This document shows, piece after piece, positions 17,111-20,000 of a DNA stretch of 20,000 nt. The stretch comes from an uncultured virus (IMG/VR IMGVR_UViG_2576861513_000002) (Duplodnaviria; Heunggongvirae; Uroviricota; Caudoviricetes). Location of the stretch: IMG/VR virus record IMGVR_UViG_2576861513_000002; one strand, 5' to 3'. Position 1 is the first letter of the stretch. Each line of letters begins with the position of its first letter. A program made the position numbers and the translations under genes. Below the pieces are notes generated by a model. The model did no database searches, was not told the DNA's origin, and saw only the letters and a program-made list of their open reading frames with translations.

Positions 17111-17217
17111 CCTGCTCCCCGTTGATTGACTCAGTGTAAAGTTAGTACGTCCGTTTTTGACACAGAGCAGGCAGTTCTGGAGACACCGATGTCTGCTATG
17201 AGCGAGGAGCGGAAGTC
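17108..17217 (+). repeat. ~110-bp dispersed repeat, copy 3
   Basis: TGACCTGCTCCCC...TTTGACACAGAGC...GTCTGCTATGAGCGAGGAGCGGAAG; its first TGA is the stop codon of the upstream ORF. Confidence 0.8.
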
Positions 17218-17454
17218 AGTCCAAATTAGCTAAAAAATGACTACTAAAGCAGTGGAAATTCAAAATGTGCGATCGATATCTGATGACATCCGACTAGATT
17301 TACTTGAATACACCTTTTTTAGATAGTTTTGTCGCACAAACTCGCCTGATGGTGTCCCGCACTCGACCATTGACTCACCTGAAGGGGGCAAACCCTCAGT
17401 TTGGATGTGGTAAACTCATTCGCGACCATTCATAGAGGAATCAGCGAGAAAGAA

Positions 17455-18273
17455 ATGGATAAGTTTTCATTTGGTAAACCTTTCAAACTTAATGACTACG
17501 TTATATACCCGTGCCCAGGTTGCGGAAGAAGCAGTCTGAAACTCGATAAAGAAACATTTAACGCAAGGGTGACCGGTGAATCACATAGCATTATTGAATT
17601 TCTCGGCTTTGAAACAGAATTGATTAAAGAGGTTTTTACATCGGTTCTGGTTTGCGAAAATCATGAATGCGAGGAAGTTGTTGTCTGCTCTGGCACAGGT
17701 CATGTTGAGATGGATATTGCCGTAAATGAACGCGGCGAGCAGATACAGGAATACTTTAGCTATTACACACCCAAAGTATTCATACCAACCCTACAGTATA
17801 TAGATATCCCCACAGAATGCCCATCCGAAGTATGTGAAAATTTACAAGAGGCATTTTCACTGACACTACTTTCGCCTGGGTCAGCAGCAAACAAGGTAAG
17901 AGCGGCGATAGAAAACCTTTTGTCTGAATACAATATTCCAAAATACAAACTAGTTAAGCCGAAAGGTAAGGCCAAGCGCGAGCGGCGCCTCATATCTCTG
18001 CACGAGCGAATTGCCATAGCTGCACATAGAAAGAAAATATTTGAAAAGTTAAATGAGCTTTTATTTGCCGTTAAATGGCTGGGTAATGAAGGGAGTCACG
18101 CAACATCAGGTTTAACTCAAAGTGATCTCTTTGATGCGTACCGGTTGACTGAGCACATTCTCAACGCGCTCTATCCATCAGGTGTAGACCTTCAGAAAAG
18201 GGCGCGGGAAATAGTAAAAAACAAAGGTGTGAAAAAGCAAAAAAAGAAGTTTTCCCGAACATCAACTGTTTAA
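17455..18273 (+). CDS. Zn-ribbon + DUF4145 (HEPN-like) domain protein
   Basis: CPGC...CENHEC; EAFSLTLLSPGSAANKVRAAIE, SLHERI and KWLGNEGSH motifs; ATG 17455 preferred over TTG 17401. Confidence 0.8.
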   Translation: MDKFSFGKPFKLNDYVIYPCPGCGRSSLKLDKETFNARVTGESHSIIEFLGFETELIKEVFTSVLVCENHECEEVVVCSGTGHVEMDIAVNERGEQIQEYFSYYTPKVFIPTLQYIDIPTECPSEVCENLQEAFSLTLLSPGSAANKVRAAIENLLSEYNIPKYKLVKPKGKAKRERRLISLHERIAIAAHRKKIFEKLNELLFAVKWLGNEGSHATSGLTQSDLFDAYRLTEHILNALYPSGVDLQKRAREIVKNKGVKKQKKKFSRTSTV

Positions 18274-18284
18274 TGAAAAGAGTG

Positions 18285-18307
18285 TAGGCTGGACTTTCGC
18301 CAGCCTA
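18285..18307. terminator. Hairpin between convergent genes
   Basis: TAGGCTGG-ACTTTCG-CCAGCCTA. Confidence 0.55.
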
Positions 18308-18909
18308 TTTAGGTTCGTACCAATCTACATTGCCCTCTTCGTCTCTGTATCTCTGCAGCCCTATTGTAAAGTCAACAAAAAGACCATCGCCCAGATCGGC
18401 TTCTTGCTCTACCCGATTGCCGGTGAAATAGTCATGACCAGACAGTTTGAAATTGCTCAGCTGAGGAGTTGGTGGCTGATCACCCCGCGGTGTCAAATCT
18501 ATAAAAGGCTTGTATTTCGGATCATACTTTCTATACAGCCATTCTTCATATTGATAACGGCTAATTCCGTCAAACAAAATTTCGTACTCAACGCATGATG
18601 GATAGTACTTTTCTATAAAAAACTCAACTAAATTTGAATGTAACTTTGACAGAATTCTTTACAAGCAAAGTTGTAATATCCGTCTTGGGCTAAGTTAAGA
18701 TGTGCGTTGTTAATAATCAACAAGAATTTCGCTGAGCTCTGACATGCAGTGCAATAGCCAAATTCTCGCAACAAGCTGTCGCCACTATACCGACCAGGGA
18801 CAAATAATTCACTTAAACCTCCATGAATTTGATTGAATAACTTTAGAATAGCCACCACCGGCCGGCTTTGTTTTTTTACGTTGACTATCATCAGATCCTT
18901 ACAGGCCAT
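18305..18909 (-). pseudogene. Hypothetical ~200-aa gene split by a 1-nt frameshift
   Basis: The frame of the 18305..18577 ORF is open back to 18658 (RILSKLHSNLVEFF...); one extra A at 18658-18660 joins it to the 18628..18909 ORF. Confidence 0.6.
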
Positions 18910-18974
18910 TGTGGTCAGAAGTGGTCTAAAAAAAACTAAGTTAGTAGAGTTTAGACCACTCCAGAGAATAGTAT

Positions 18975-20000
18975 TTATTTTATAAAAACATACCTGCTGA
19001 GATAATTTAAAAAAGTTTTCGTATCTAAAAAATAAGCAGGATATGCATTTTTTAATTCACTAATTGAACTAACAGAAACCATAGCTACTTCACAGCCTTT
19101 ATTTTCCGCGCAGTATTTTTCAGACTCGACATAAGCTTCTGCCGCCTTTGCATGATTGTGATTTTCGAAGCTCTTTATATTTATATTCCGCTTTACGGTG
19201 TCAACAACAATTATGCAAAGTCCTTTATCATATTCTTTGCTACCTTCAATATGGCTAACTACGGCATTATAAGCAGCTAAAATATCGAAAACATTCAACT
19301 CGACGGATAAATGGCTTAATTCTTCTGATATTTTTATATAACTCCCAGATGGTTCTTTTTCATATTCAACTTTATAAAAAAGCTCTGATACCAATTCAAA
19401 AAACCTAAGCCATCTTGCATCACCAAAACCAGATTTCAATGATTCCTTTCGAAACAAACCAACCATTTCAACTGCTGTAGCCCAGCTATGTTGAATAGCT
19501 GTTCTTATTTGCATTTCAATGCGTAATCCATTTAAAGATGGAAATTTTTTATTTTGGAATGAATAGACCATGTGAAAGCTTCTATAACCGGAATCTTTCA
19601 CGTCTATCATGTAATCATCCATTCTAACTAGTTCATGTGAGAATTTAGATGATTTTATTTTATTAACTAAATCATACACTTGATCTAGATTATTTAAAAT
19701 AGCCCGGCACCCACCAAGATCCTGCATCTTATTTAGCTTCATGTCAGGAAATCTAGAAAGTTTAGTAACAATGGAAGGCATCCTCTTAATTCTAGAGGAT
19801 AGTAACGCATTTTTGTTTAAGGAAATAGCCTCTCTTTCCATATAAAACTGTATTTTACTTAAAGGGTATAAATGCAACATCCTCCACTCATGAAGAATTT
19901 GTACATCTTCCTCTTTATATTTTTCACCTGTACCAAACTGAGAAACTAATCTATCCCCAGCTCTTCCAACTTCCTTTTTTGAAACAGATAAAGTGTACAT
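18975..20000 (-). CDS. capRel: CapRel-like fused toxSAS/antitoxin (RelA/SpoT synthetase domain + C-terminal autoinhibitory domain); ATG is at the window edge, so the true start may lie further out
   Basis: SYNTH motifs SRIKRMPSIVTKL, MQDLGGCR, DDY, SGYRSFH and EMQIRT...HSWA; no hydrolase domain; C-terminal YxxY (AYPAYF) as in CapRel. Confidence 0.8.
   Translation of the reverse strand: MYTLSVSKKEVGRAGDRLVSQFGTGEKYKEEDVQILHEWRMLHLYPLSKIQFYMEREAISLNKNALLSSRIKRMPSIVTKLSRFPDMKLNKMQDLGGCRAILNNLDQVYDLVNKIKSSKFSHELVRMDDYMIDVKDSGYRSFHMVYSFQNKKFPSLNGLRIEMQIRTAIQHSWATAVEMVGLFRKESLKSGFGDARWLRFFELVSELFYKVEYEKEPSGSYIKISEELSHLSVELNVFDILAAYNAVVSHIEGSKEYDKGLCIIVVDTVKRNINIKSFENHNHAKAAEAYVESEKYCAENKGCEVAMVSVSSISELKNAYPAYFLDTKTFLNYLSRYVFIK

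Larger units (their letters stand above)
8161..20000. mobile_element. ssrA-targeting genomic island (P4/CP4-57-type integrase) carrying anti-phage defence cargo; right end outside the window
   Basis: IntA-like integrase immediately after the ssrA 3' end; AT-rich cargo including Detocs and CapRel-like genes and IS scars. Confidence 0.85.

Noticed and set aside
10439..17217. Classical integron attC sites
   Set aside because: No RYYYAAC...GTTRRRY ends on the repeats, and neither integrase looks like IntI
17763..18598. ORFs 17763..18017 (-) and 18404..18598 (+)
   Set aside because: Antisense to better-supported genes
18975..20000. Housekeeping relA/spoT
   Set aside because: No HD, TGS or ACT domains, located in an island, and the C-terminus is CapRel-like

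Overview
Enterobacterial-type chromosomal window with two mobile elements integrated in tandem at the tmRNA (ssrA) 3' end. Bases 1-8160 are one end of a temperate prophage. It carries a P4-type Zn-finger/TOPRIM primase, an SF2 helicase, a structured non-coding region, a lambdoid cro/cI switch with five operator-like sites, a PL-type operon of small genes, xis, a tyrosine integrase and an att site made of the displaced ssrA 3' end. Bases 8161-20000 are a largely AT-rich island with a P4/CP4-57 (IntA)-type integrase and mostly anti-phage cargo. The cargo is a Detocs system (dtcA-dtcB-dtcC, PNP effector) with an extra 3-TM membrane gene in front, a stand-alone SRA/PUA-like protein, a DUF4145/HEPN-like protein, a frameshifted gene and a CapRel-like fused toxSAS. 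Two structures are not explained by these genes. First, three same-orientation ~110-bp palindrome-containing repeats each precede a cargo module, in a cassette-like layout. Second, twin hairpins with identical loops and a six-tract G-quadruplex motif lie upstream of the phage helicase. All family assignments come from motif recognition by eye; no searches were run.
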